Of a stretch of DNA of 64,000 nucleotides, positions 12,872 through 22,867 are shown in pieces. Under the pieces are notes generated by a model. It was not told the DNA's origin. It saw only the letters and a program-made list of their open reading frames with translations, and searched no databases. The DNA lies in contig OZ024745.1 of NCBI GenBank assembly GCA_964016885.1, positions 62,062,001-62,126,000 on the forward strand, written 5' to 3'. This DNA is from Eledone cirrhosa (lineage: Eukaryota). The position numbers were made by a program, and so were the translations under genes. Each line of letters begins with the position of its first letter. The first letter of the stretch is position 1.

Positions 12872-13049
12872 TGTTTCTACTTTTGGCACAAGGCCAGCAA
12901 TTATCCCAGTGCGTTACTGGTACTTTATTTTATCGACCCCGTAAGGATGAAAGGCAAAGTTAACCTCGGCGGGATTTGAACTCAGGCCGTAACTCTATGC
13001 TGCAAAGCATGGCGTCCGATCCTCTACCGATACTGCCAATCAACCGACT
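12872..13049 (-). mobile_element. tRNA-derived SINE with Nin/Deu-like core and (ATT)n tail (octopus-type)
   Basis: Minus strand has A-box-like TGGCAGTATCGG, B box GAGTTCAAATCC, core gcctttcatcc.t.cggggtcgataaaataaagtaccag, and tail ggccttgtgccaaaagtagaaaca. More than 10 copies in the window. Confidence 0.85.
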
Positions 13050-13073
13050 TATATATAATAATATATAAGCCGC

Positions 13074-13113
<40 letters not shown>

Positions 13114-13373
13114 TTTCTTTATTAACCACAAGGGTTTACATAAAGTAGACATTAAGGACAGTGCAGGACAATGCAGGACGGTACAAATGGGCATTTCTGC
13201 GTGTAAAAAAACAAAAACAGAGGATGTAACAAAAATAACAATGAAAATAACAATGAAAAATTCCCCAATAGGGGGGAGACTTCGGAGGGACATTTGTGGA
13301 GAAAGCCCAGTAAAAAGCCACAATGACCCTGACCACCAAGGCAAGTGCCCTTTCCCAGTTTTCCACCTTTAGT

Positions 13374-16300
13374 TTACAGATATATACTCAGAGTCGGCCC
13401 ATTCACTCGGGCCATTCTTGCTTCTCTCACCCATCTTTCAACAAAATGCTGGGAAGAGAGCACTTCCTTCTCTACTCTGATTTTCCTTTTCAAATGAAAT
13501 TTGAAAAAGTCAATCAGAGCATCACCGAAGAGGTAAGTGCTCGTCTTCAGCCCTTTCAAACGTGTCCACCATACTATCTCTTTCGCCATGGCCACCAGAC
13601 AGATAAAAACTGCCTGCCCTTCCCGGCTAAAGGAGGAGGACGGGGCAATCCTCACGATAGACTCAGATGATAGCTGGATCCGTCCTAAACGCGACAGCAG
13701 GTGTTCGACATAAACCCACAAGTCAGCAATTTTCGGACACTGGACGAGTGCGTGCAGGACGGTTTCGTCGCCCTGCGCGCATCTCGGACATGCCCGGCTG
13801 ACGGCACCTCCATGCCTGTAGAGTTTATCCCGAACTGGCAAGGCTCCTCGGTAGCACTGCCAGGCCAGAGATTTCTGGAAGTTGTCCATAGGCCCTGGCC
13901 CGAAAGTTCTTCCGAAGAGATTGGCTAGTTGATTTTCGTCGACGCCTAGAGTTTCCCCAAGTACGTCGTCGCTCTTCCCCTCCACTAATCCTCTATAGAA
14001 CGCCGAGGTGGAGTTTCCACCGATCACATTGCCCGATTGGTCGAGGGCTGTGAGCGCCTGAAGACATTCCAGTCTCCAGGCGCTCCCTCTCGGTCTTCGC
14101 TTGACCCAGGACTGCAGCTCCGTCAAGGAAACGAGCTGGGGAAAAACGCGTCTAGCAAACGGCGACCACACCTGATCACCGTCGAGGAAGAGGTGGAGAT
14201 GTCGTAGCCTGAGCGCGTGCCTACGCATCATCAGCCACGGCATGCCCAGCCCTCCACGTAGCGGGTGTTGACAACAGATGGACCGCCTGACCATCGGAGC
14301 ACGTCCCTTCCACAAAAAGCGAAAGAGCAAACGCTCCAGCGCAGTCAGGCGAGGCTTAGGACAAGGTACGACGGTTAGGCGGTAGCAGATGACAGACGCG
14401 ATGTACGCGTTAGCCACCTCCGCTCGACCTTTCAGGGATAGCTTCCTCTCCGCCCATTTCTGGGTGAGAGAAGCCACCCTGCTCGTCACCTCGTCCCAGT
14501 TTTTGTCCGTCTGGAGGTCCGGACCGAACCAGACCCCTAGCAATTTAACCGGTCCGTCCGTCCAGCGCCCGACGACGCTGTTGGACGGCATGGACCTGCC
14601 TCTCCAGGTGCCGAGCTGCAGGCCCACTGACTTTTCCTGGTTGATCATTGCTCCTGTCACCGCTTCGTATTCTCTTAGTGTAGTGCCGATCGCCTCGATG
14701 TGTTTGGCGTTCGACACCACTACGGTGACATCGTCCGCATATGCTGACACGGATCTTCCGCATCCTAGTTCGCGCGGGACTCCCCTCAACGTCTCCAGTT
14801 TGTGCAGTAATGGCTCGAGAGTCAATACGTACAAGAGGGACGAGAGGGGACATCCTTGGCGGACCGAGCGCATGATGTTGAACGGTTCCGACAGGTGACC
14901 GTTCACTCTCACCACAGAGCAGATGTCGCTGTGCATGGCAGCGATCCAGCCTCTGAAGACGGGCCCAAAGCCAGCCGCCCTCAGGACTGCCGCTAGGTAA
15001 CGATGGTCGACCCTATCGAAAGCTTTCGACTGATCTAAATTGATCAAGGACCCACCCGTGCCAGGTTCCTTAGCTACCCTCTCTATGATGTATCGCATGA
15101 GGTGGAGGTTGTCGTGGATGGATCTGTCGGGAATGGCGCATGTCTGCGCCTCTCCCACCAGACCACCAACGACAAGCGCCAACCTCTTTGCTAGCACCTT
15201 GGCCAAAATCTTGAACTCTGTGTTTAGCAGAGTTATGGGCCGGAAATTGTCTATGTTATCCCCCTTGATCGGGTCCTTTCTCAGCAGTGCCACCGCTCCT
15301 CGGCTCACAGAACTGGGCATTCTTTTGTTCTGTTGCCAGTTGCAGTAGACGTCCGCCAAGAGGCCTCCGAACAAGTCTGGCATCTGTACGTAAAGTTCAT
15401 AGGGCAGACCATCCAAACCAGGCGATTTACCCCTTGTGCAGCCAGTCATTGCCTCCCTTATTTCAGCGGCTGTTATCGGCTTTTCGCAACACTTCGCCTC
15501 AGTGGCCGAGAGCCGCGGCAGTCCGTCGAGGTAGACACTAAAGTCCATCCCTCTACCCGGCCCCCCGCTGCCCCCGAACAGCTGAGCGAAGTGTCGCTGA
15601 AAAGCTTCACACATTTGCCCGGGATCGAGTAGCATGCGCCCGTCGTGGTCCACCAAAGACCGGATCGTGGCTTTGTTGCCACGACGCGCCTCCGCCACTC
15701 GGGCCCATTGAACGGCTTTCGTCCCCTCGTGTCTGAGAGCACGCACCCTAGCTCTGACAACGCAGCCTTCGTGCTTTGCATTGAAGAATTGGTCAAGGGC
15801 CAATTTCGCCGCAAGCACGTCGGTCGCAATGCCTTTGCTAAGCGCCTCGTCTAATTTTCTAACTAGTTCTCCCTCTGCTCTATTTTTCTCTATTGCTAAA
15901 GCCTTACTAAACCTAATCGATTCTATTCTAATCGCTCTTTTCAGAGCAAACCACCACTTGTTGTTGACGATGGCCCCCGTCAACGCCCGCTTAACTAGTT
16001 CGCTAATCCGGTCTCTGTAGGCCTTGCGCGCTGGTAAGGACGCGTTTAGCTTCCAGTAGCCGGGTCCTCGTCTATGAAGCCTATCTAAGTCAAGCACACA
16101 GGTCACGAATTTGTGGTCCGTGTAGCTGACTATCTTGAATTGTGGACAGCCTATGCTAGACCTATCTATTTCCCTACAAAATACTCTATCTAGATATGAT
16201 CTGGATGACCCTATGCGGTTTGTCCAAGTCCACATTGGCACATTCGGGAAATCCAATCGGTACCTGTCAGATAGTTCAAAACGCCTGAGCAGGTTGGTCA

Positions 16301-16793
16301 GGCTCTTGCACCCTCCACCCCTATCCGCTAATCCCACACAGTCCCAGCGTGCATCTAAGATCCCGTTCCAGTCGCCCACTAACACTAAAGAGCGGGACGT
16401 TCCAAGAAAGGTCTCCAGACGCCGGAAGAAATCAGGCCGCCCTGCTCCTGTCGGGGCATAGACGGCCACTAGCCTGAAAGCTTGCCCGTCTCCGCTGGTC
16501 ACGTCCAGCACCACCAGCTTACCCTCTGGGTCCAGGAAGATGGCCCGTATGGCGAGATCCAAACCTCTCCGAAAAAGCACAGCAACTCCTCCACCCGATC
16601 CAGGACGGCTGGGAGATGCGTACACATCGTAGCCGCCGAAGATCGGTGCGAAGGCCCGTGCTTCGGAGATTCTGGTCTCGCTGATGGCCACTACATCTAT
16701 GTTTAGTGACCTGAGGTCGTTGAGCAGGTGACCCTGCTTCCATGACGACCCCAAGCCACGCGCATTTATGCTGCCTATTCTGAGTGAGGTCAT
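13374..16793 (-). CDS. Tx1 ORF2, 1139 aa: APE endonuclease, reverse transcriptase and CCHC zinc finger (intact)
   Basis: EN motifs SINARG, ISET, VYAP, GDWN, SYLDR, TDH. RT motifs SPGLDGLP, RPITLLN, LDQSKAFDRVDH, RQGCPLS, YADD. C-terminal CPRC..ETVLHALVQC. Confidence 0.96.
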   Translation of the reverse strand: MTSLRIGSINARGLGSSWKQGHLLNDLRSLNIDVVAISETRISEARAFAPIFGGYDVYASPSRPGSGGGVAVLFRRGLDLAIRAIFLDPEGKLVVLDVTSGDGQAFRLVAVYAPTGAGRPDFFRRLETFLGTSRSLVLVGDWNGILDARWDCVGLADRGGGCKSLTNLLRRFELSDRYRLDFPNVPMWTWTNRIGSSRSYLDRVFCREIDRSSIGCPQFKIVSYTDHKFVTCVLDLDRLHRRGPGYWKLNASLPARKAYRDRISELVKRALTGAIVNNKWWFALKRAIRIESIRFSKALAIEKNRAEGELVRKLDEALSKGIATDVLAAKLALDQFFNAKHEGCVVRARVRALRHEGTKAVQWARVAEARRGNKATIRSLVDHDGRMLLDPGQMCEAFQRHFAQLFGGSGGPGRGMDFSVYLDGLPRLSATEAKCCEKPITAAEIREAMTGCTRGKSPGLDGLPYELYVQMPDLFGGLLADVYCNWQQNKRMPSSVSRGAVALLRKDPIKGDNIDNFRPITLLNTEFKILAKVLAKRLALVVGGLVGEAQTCAIPDRSIHDNLHLMRYIIERVAKEPGTGGSLINLDQSKAFDRVDHRYLAAVLRAAGFGPVFRGWIAAMHSDICSVVRVNGHLSEPFNIMRSVRQGCPLSSLLYVLTLEPLLHKLETLRGVPRELGCGRSVSAYADDVTVVVSNAKHIEAIGTTLREYEAVTGAMINQEKSVGLQLGTWRGRSMPSNSVVGRWTDGPVKLLGVWFGPDLQTDKNWDEVTSRVASLTQKWAERKLSLKGRAEVANAYIASVICYRLTVVPCPKPRLTALERLLFRFLWKGRAPMVRRSICCQHPLRGGLGMPWLMMRRHALRLRHLHLFLDGDQVWSPFARRVFPQLVSLTELQSWVKRRPRGSAWRLECLQALTALDQSGNVIGGNSTSAFYRGLVEGKSDDVLGETLGVDENQLANLFGRTFGPGPMDNFQKSLAWQCYRGALPVRDKLYRHGGAVSRACPRCAQGDETVLHALVQCPKIADLWVYVEHLLSRLGRIQLSSESIVRIAPSSSFSREGQAVFICLVAMAKEIVWWTRLKGLKTSTYLFGDALIDFFKFHLKRKIRVEKEVLSSQHFVERWVREARMARVNGPTLSIYL

Positions 16794-16828
16794 GTTTAAA
16801 ATAGAGTGGAAAAGATGGGAAAGACCAC

Positions 16829-18925
16829 TTACCGTACTTTTGGTAGAGGAGGGATGGTTTTTACATCCCTTTTCACTTGATCGTCTGGTGAAGGGACCGT
16901 TGAATCGTCCCTTCGGCTGGTCGTCGGCTCTTCTAAGAGAATGTCTGAGTATACTCTTCGATTGATGGTTCCTCCTAGGTCCCTGAAATCACCAACTGCG
17001 TTGGGGAATTTCGTTTTAATATTTGTGTATTGTTTCTGTGCTATTTTTAGCAGTCTTATGTTAGTTGGCGTTTTGATTGGTGCTGGTATTATGTAGTCCT
17101 GTTGTGAAATGTCTGTGTGTTCAATTATGTAAGTCATTAGTTTCTTGTTGTGTGTATTTATTGCCGTGCATTTGTTTTTCTGGGGGTGGGGTGTGGTTCT
17201 GCTATTTTCTTGTCGTTGTTGCTGGGTGTGTGTGTTTTGTTGTTGTGTTTGCGATGTTGGTGCTTGTGGTGGTGGTGTTGAAGGTGTTGTTGGCGGTGGG
17301 GTTGTCGCCGGTGGTGATGGTGGCGCTAGTGTAGGTGGTGATGGTGTTGGTGTTGTTGCTGCTGTGGGTCTCTTTGCAGTAGACTTTACCCTTTTCTCAT
17401 TTCTTTCCTCCCTTTTCAAAGGCGACGATGCGCTGCTTCTGCGTTTGTGCCTTCTTACGACCTTTTGCCATCTCTCTCCCACCTCACACTCCATGTCTGA
17501 TTCTGTGAGGTCGGGGAGGGGTACCAGCTCCACTCTTTCACTTGTTGTTGTTGGTGATGTTTGCACTGGAGTCTCTGTTGCAGCTGCATTTGGTATTGCT
17601 GTTGTTGTTGTTAGTATTTCCACTGCTGCTGCTGTTTTTGATTTCCGTGGAGTGGGTATGGGTGCCACGGGCCTAGCGTTCCTGGTTGCCGCTTGTCCTG
17701 TTGCTGGTAGCCGTGGAGCCGGATTCAGAAGGAGGGGGGTTTTCTCCTTTCTCAGGGTCTTCTCGTTGCAGAAGGCCCTGAGGTGAGTCTTCGATCCACA
17801 GCGAAAGCATTTCGGGCGTTTGCCCTCAACACTTATGGGCAGTTGAGTGCCGTTATCGAAGTCTATCACATCCGGGATAGCTTCGATGCACTCCTGGTTG
17901 GTTTGGATTAGCATCTCAATGGAGGAGCCGACCCAATCTTCTCTTACTTTTTTCTGTACTTGCAGTACAGTTGTTTTGTCCTCGATTCCGACGAGGACAG
18001 ACGCGGCCAGCCAAGAAGGGGTCATTCCGGGGGGGACGTGGGTCAGTTTGACCCTCACAATTTTTGCCCACAGTAGGAGGGCACCAACACCATTTCCTCG
18101 CTCCTTAGGGTCACTACTGATTGGGCCTTTGCCTCCTGGGGTGTGGCAAAAAGTACGTCTACGGTGGCATATTTTTTGCCTCGGGTGATGTGCGTTTTCC
18201 GCTGCCACACAGACCCCAAGGCTTTTTGTATTTGGGCCTCTGTGGCTCTTTCCACCCTACGGGATTTTGTACTTACTGTACGGTACGTGACGGTACAGTG
18301 CTCTTGGGTTTCGAAAAATTTTTTCCGCTGCCTTGCAGATTGCTCGGTGTCCGTTCTTTGTCACCATCTTCTTCGCTTCCTCTAATTCCTCATTTGTTAT
18401 GAGGATTGTTTCCAAGTTTTTCGCAATACCTGCAAATGAGATTGGTTTTTCTCTGCTGTTGTTGTTGTCGTCAGAGCTGCTGGTACTTTTGTTGTTGCTG
18501 CAGGTACTACGACTACTGCCTCCGCCGCTGTTGCTGTGGTTGTTGTTGGTGTTGCTGCTGCTAATGCTGTTGTTGTTTATGCTGCTGGTGATGCTGTTGC
18601 GGCTGCTACTGTTGTTTTCATTGTCACTGTTGCTGTTGTTATTACGGCTGCTACTGCTATTATTCCTGACGTCAGACGAATGAACTGGGTTTTCGTATTT
18701 GCCGCACACCTGTTTCGTCGCTGTCGTCGTCGTCGTGGAGAAACCTTGCACGCTTTGCACGAGACTTTTCTTTTCTTTCGTCGCTTGCGAAAGAGAAGGG
18801 AGGGAGAGAGACACATTTAAAGAAGGGAGGGAGAGAGACAATCTTCTCTCTGCTGTAGTGATGATTGAGGAAGAAGAAGACGGAATGAGTGGGAGTGACG
18901 TATGAAATTTCTTTTTCGTAGCCAT
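16829..18925 (-). CDS. Tx1 ORF1, ~698 aa nucleic-acid-binding protein with CCHC knuckle and two compensating homopolymer indels
   Basis: ATG at 18925 to TAA at 16829 is 2097 nt, in frame overall. Contains CFRCGSKTHLRAFC. Frame shifts at ~18320 and ~18062 relative to paralogue E. Confidence 0.85.
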
Positions 18926-19418
18926 GTTTTTTTGTTTAAAATGAAATTTTGGGTACAAAACCCCAATAACTGGTTATTTAACCCCGAAGGGCCAAATAAC
19001 GGACAGAAAGACCCCTCTCACGAGGAGGAGGGTGTCTTTATCAACAATTTGGTTCAAGTTTTAAACAATTTACAATTGTTTTAACGGTTAAAAATTACTA
19101 TACCTTACAGAGCCGAGCCTCCGTCAACCATGGCATTCAATAATAATAATAATAATAATGATTTCATTTATTGGCCACAAGGGCCGACATATAGGGGACA
19201 ACACAATAGACAGGGACAGTGGGGGTTTACATAGAGATCGAGTAAGTATAAATAACAAAAAAACAAAAACAAAATAACAATAAAAATACAACAATGAAAG
19301 TTCCCCAATAAGAGGGATCACCACCCAGGGTTGACTCAAGCACCCCACCAGTCCTGAGCCACCCGACGCTCCTAGGGCACCCGGGAAGGGCACCCCTCTC
19401 CTTCTCGAATTCACCAGC

Positions 19419-22400
19419 CTACAGGCGCATGATCAGAGTAGGCCCACTCACGCGGGCCATTCTCGCCACATTCACCCACCTTTCAGTAAATGTACTGGGG
19501 GGCAGCACTTCTCTCTCCACCCTCACCTTCCTTTCCAAGTGAAACTTGAAGAAGTTGATGAGGGATTGGCCGAAGAGAAAAGTGTCTGTCTTCAGTCCTT
19601 TCAACCTGGTCCACCATGCAACCTCTTTCGCTACTGCCACCAGGCAGAGGAAAATTGCCTGCCCTTCCTGACCAAAAGAAGGCGGCGGGTCAATCTTCAC
19701 TATGGACTCGGACGATAGCCGGATCCGTTCTACACGCGACAATAGCTGTTCGACATAACCCCACAAGTCAGCAATGCACGGACACTGGACGAGTGCGTGC
19801 AGAACGGTTTCGTCGCTCTGCGCGCATCTCGGGCAGGTTCGTCTGACAGCACTTCCGTGCCTGTAGAGTTTATCCCGAACCGGCAGCGCCCCCCGGTAGC
19901 ACTGCCAAGCGAGGGATTTCTGGAAGTTATCCATCGTCCCCGGCTCGAAAGTCCTCCGGAACATACTGGTCAGTTCTACTTCGTTGACGCCCAGAGCCTC
20001 TCCTAGTACGTCATCGCACTTGCCCTCCACTAATCCTCTATAGAAATCTTGAGTGGAAGTTCCACTGACCGCATTGCCCACCTTGCAGAGTGCAGTGAGC
20101 GCCTGGCAACATTCCAGATGCCAGTCGCCCAGTCTCGGTCTCTTCTTGACCCAGGACTGCAGCTCAGTCAAAGAGATGAGCTGCGGAAAGGCCCGTCTAA
20201 CAAACGGCGACCACACCTGTTCACCGTTTAGGCAAAATATCTGGAGATGTCGCAGCCTCAGCGCATGTCTGCGCATCATTAGCCACGGCGTGCCCAGCCC
20301 TCCACGAAGAGGGTGCTGGCAGCAGATGGACCGCCTCACCAACGGGACCCGTCCCCTCCACAAAAATTTGAAAAGGAGCCGTTCCAAATTGGCGAGGCGT
20401 GGACGGGGGCAAGGCACGACGGTCAGGCGGTAGTAGATGACGGACGCGATGTACGCGTTCGCCACCTCCGCCCGCCCTTTCAGTGATAGCTTTCTCTCAG
20501 CCCATTTCTGGGTGAGGTTGGCTATCCTGCTCGTCACCTCGTCCCAATTCTTATCCACCTGGAGGTCTGGTCCGAACCAAACCCCGAGCAACTTTACCGG
20601 TCCGTCTGTCCAGCGCCCAACGACGCTGTTGGACGGCATGGACTTGCCTCTCCAGGTGCCGAGCTGCAAGCCCACCGACTTTTCCGGGTTAAGTTTTGCT
20701 CCCGTCAACCTTTCATATTCCTCCAAATGGGTGCGGATCACCTCGATTTCCGAGGTGTCCGACACCATCACGGTGATGTCGTCCGCATAAGCGGACGCAG
20801 CCTTTCTACGTCCCGGTTCGAGCGGGATGCCCTGCAACAACTCCAGCTTCCGCAGTAGAGGCTCAAGAGTCAATACGTACAGAAGTGAGGAGAGAGGGCA
20901 CCCTTGACGGACCGATCGAGAGATCTGAAACGGTTCCGAGAGGTGGCCATTAACTTTGACCACCGAGCGGATGCCGCTGTACATTGCAGCGATCCAGCTT
21001 CTGAAGACGGGGCCGAAGCCAGCCGCCTCGAGGACAGCCTCCAAGTACCGATGGTCGACCCTATCGAATGCTTTCGATTGATCTAAATTGATCAGAGCCC
21101 CACCGAAGCCAGGTTTGCACCCAACCCTCTCTATGATGTATCGCATGAGGTGGAGGTTGTCGTGTATGGACCTGGTCGGGATTGCGCAAGTTTGCGCCTC
21201 CCCAACCAAATCTTTGACGACAAGCGCCAACCTTTTCGCTAACACCTTGGCCAAAATCTTAAACTCTGTGTTGAGCAGGGTTATGGGCCTGAAATTATCT
21301 AGTGTGTCCCTCTTGTTCTCGTCTTTCCTTATCAGCGTCACTACGCCACGGCTCACAGAACTGGGAATGCTCCCGTTCTGCTGCCAGTTGCAGTAGAGCG
21401 CTTCGAGGAGATCGGAGAACAAGTCTGGCATATTTACGTAAAGCTCGTAGGGCAGACCATCCAAACCGGGTGACTTGCGACTCGAGCAGCCGACAAGGGC
21501 GTCCTGAATTTCGGCTGATGTTATCGGCTCTTCGCAGCGCTCAGCGTCGGCCGTCGAGAGGCGTGGCAAGCCGTCGAGGTAGGGACTGAAGTCCGCCGCC
21601 GTCTCCGACTCACCCATCCTCCCGAACAATCGAGCAAAGTGCTGGCGAAAGGCCTCACACATCTGCTTGGAATCGCTCAGTTCGTGTCCATCTCGATCCG
21701 TCAAAGACCGAATTGTGGTTTTATTTCCACGCTGCGTCTCTGCAAAGCGAGCCCATCGGGCAGCTTTGGTTCCCTCGTTCCTCAGAGCACGCGCCTTAGC
21801 TCTGACAATGCAACCTTCGTGTTTCGCATTGAAGAAATGGTCTAGTGCCATTCTCGCCGCTAGCACGTCTGTTGCAATGCCACTACAAATAGCCTCGTCT
21901 AACTTAGCTATCAGCCCCTCCTCCTTTCTATTTTTCTCTATTGCTACTTCTTTGCTAAATCCTATCGAGGTTGCTCTAATCTCTCTTTTGAGTGCCCCCC
22001 ACCACCTGTTGTTGACAACCCCCCCTGTCAACTTTTGCTTAACTAAGTTGTTGACCCGGTCCCTGTAAGCTTTACGTGCCGGAAACGACATGTTTAGCTT
22101 CCAGTAGCTAGGTCCTAACCTACGTGTCTTATCTAGGTCGACCATACAGATCACAAGCTTGTGATCTGAATAGGCAACCGTTTTAAAATGTGGACATCCT
22201 ACACTATTTCTATCTCTTTTCCTAATGAAAATCCTATCTATGTACGATCTAGATGACCCTATGCGATTGGTCCAGGTCCATACTGGCGCATTAGGGAAAT
22301 CTAGTCGGTACCTGTCAGACAGTTGAAACTGGCTGATCAGGTACTTGAGGCTTTTGCACCCCCCGCTCCTATCAGATACTCCCACACAATCCCAGCGTGC

Positions 22401-22838
22401 TTCTAAGATGCCATTCCAATCCCCTATTAACAGTAAAGGGCGAGACGTAAGCAGAAAGTTTTCCAGGCGCCTAAAGAAGTCCGGCCGACCGGCCCCAGTA
22501 GGGGCGTAGACGGCCACCAGTCTAAAGGCACCACCTTCGCTATTGCTCACGTCCAGGACCACCAACTTTCCGTCAGGATCCCGGAAGATTGACCTTACCT
22601 CGAGATCCAGACATTTCCTAAACAGCACAGCCACTCCACCTCCCATTCCCGGCCGACTAACAGATGCAAAGATCTGATAATCGTCGAAAATCGGCGCCAG
22701 TGCGCGTGTGTCGGAAATTCTGGTCTCGCTGATGGCAATTACATCCATTCCTAGTGACCTGAGGTCGTTGAGCAAGTGACCTTGCTTCCAGGGCGACCCC
22801 AGGCCACGAACATTTAAACTTCCTACTCTTATGGCCAT
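19419..22838 (-). CDS. Tx1 ORF2, 1139 aa EN-RT-CCHC (intact, family distinct from A)
   Basis: Same motifs as element A (SLNVRG, GDWN, SDH, YADD, CPRC..H....C), with many substitutions relative to A. Confidence 0.96.
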   Translation of the reverse strand: MAIRVGSLNVRGLGSPWKQGHLLNDLRSLGMDVIAISETRISDTRALAPIFDDYQIFASVSRPGMGGGVAVLFRKCLDLEVRSIFRDPDGKLVVLDVSNSEGGAFRLVAVYAPTGAGRPDFFRRLENFLLTSRPLLLIGDWNGILEARWDCVGVSDRSGGCKSLKYLISQFQLSDRYRLDFPNAPVWTWTNRIGSSRSYIDRIFIRKRDRNSVGCPHFKTVAYSDHKLVICMVDLDKTRRLGPSYWKLNMSFPARKAYRDRVNNLVKQKLTGGVVNNRWWGALKREIRATSIGFSKEVAIEKNRKEEGLIAKLDEAICSGIATDVLAARMALDHFFNAKHEGCIVRAKARALRNEGTKAARWARFAETQRGNKTTIRSLTDRDGHELSDSKQMCEAFRQHFARLFGRMGESETAADFSPYLDGLPRLSTADAERCEEPITSAEIQDALVGCSSRKSPGLDGLPYELYVNMPDLFSDLLEALYCNWQQNGSIPSSVSRGVVTLIRKDENKRDTLDNFRPITLLNTEFKILAKVLAKRLALVVKDLVGEAQTCAIPTRSIHDNLHLMRYIIERVGCKPGFGGALINLDQSKAFDRVDHRYLEAVLEAAGFGPVFRSWIAAMYSGIRSVVKVNGHLSEPFQISRSVRQGCPLSSLLYVLTLEPLLRKLELLQGIPLEPGRRKAASAYADDITVMVSDTSEIEVIRTHLEEYERLTGAKLNPEKSVGLQLGTWRGKSMPSNSVVGRWTDGPVKLLGVWFGPDLQVDKNWDEVTSRIANLTQKWAERKLSLKGRAEVANAYIASVIYYRLTVVPCPRPRLANLERLLFKFLWRGRVPLVRRSICCQHPLRGGLGTPWLMMRRHALRLRHLQIFCLNGEQVWSPFVRRAFPQLISLTELQSWVKKRPRLGDWHLECCQALTALCKVGNAVSGTSTQDFYRGLVEGKCDDVLGEALGVNEVELTSMFRRTFEPGTMDNFQKSLAWQCYRGALPVRDKLYRHGSAVRRTCPRCAQSDETVLHALVQCPCIADLWGYVEQLLSRVERIRLSSESIVKIDPPPSFGQEGQAIFLCLVAVAKEVAWWTRLKGLKTDTFLFGQSLINFFKFHLERKVRVEREVLPPSTFTERWVNVARMARVSGPTLIMRL

Positions 22839-22867
22839 GCTGGCAGGATGAATGGGAGAGGAAAGGT

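Larger units (their letters stand above)
13112..19138 (-). mobile_element. Full-length Tx1-clade L1 retrotransposon A (6027 bp)
   Basis: 5'UTR, ORF1, ORF2 and a 3'UTR ending AATAAAGAAATC-(ATT)11. Flanked by (AAT)11 and (AAT)7. Confidence 0.93.
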
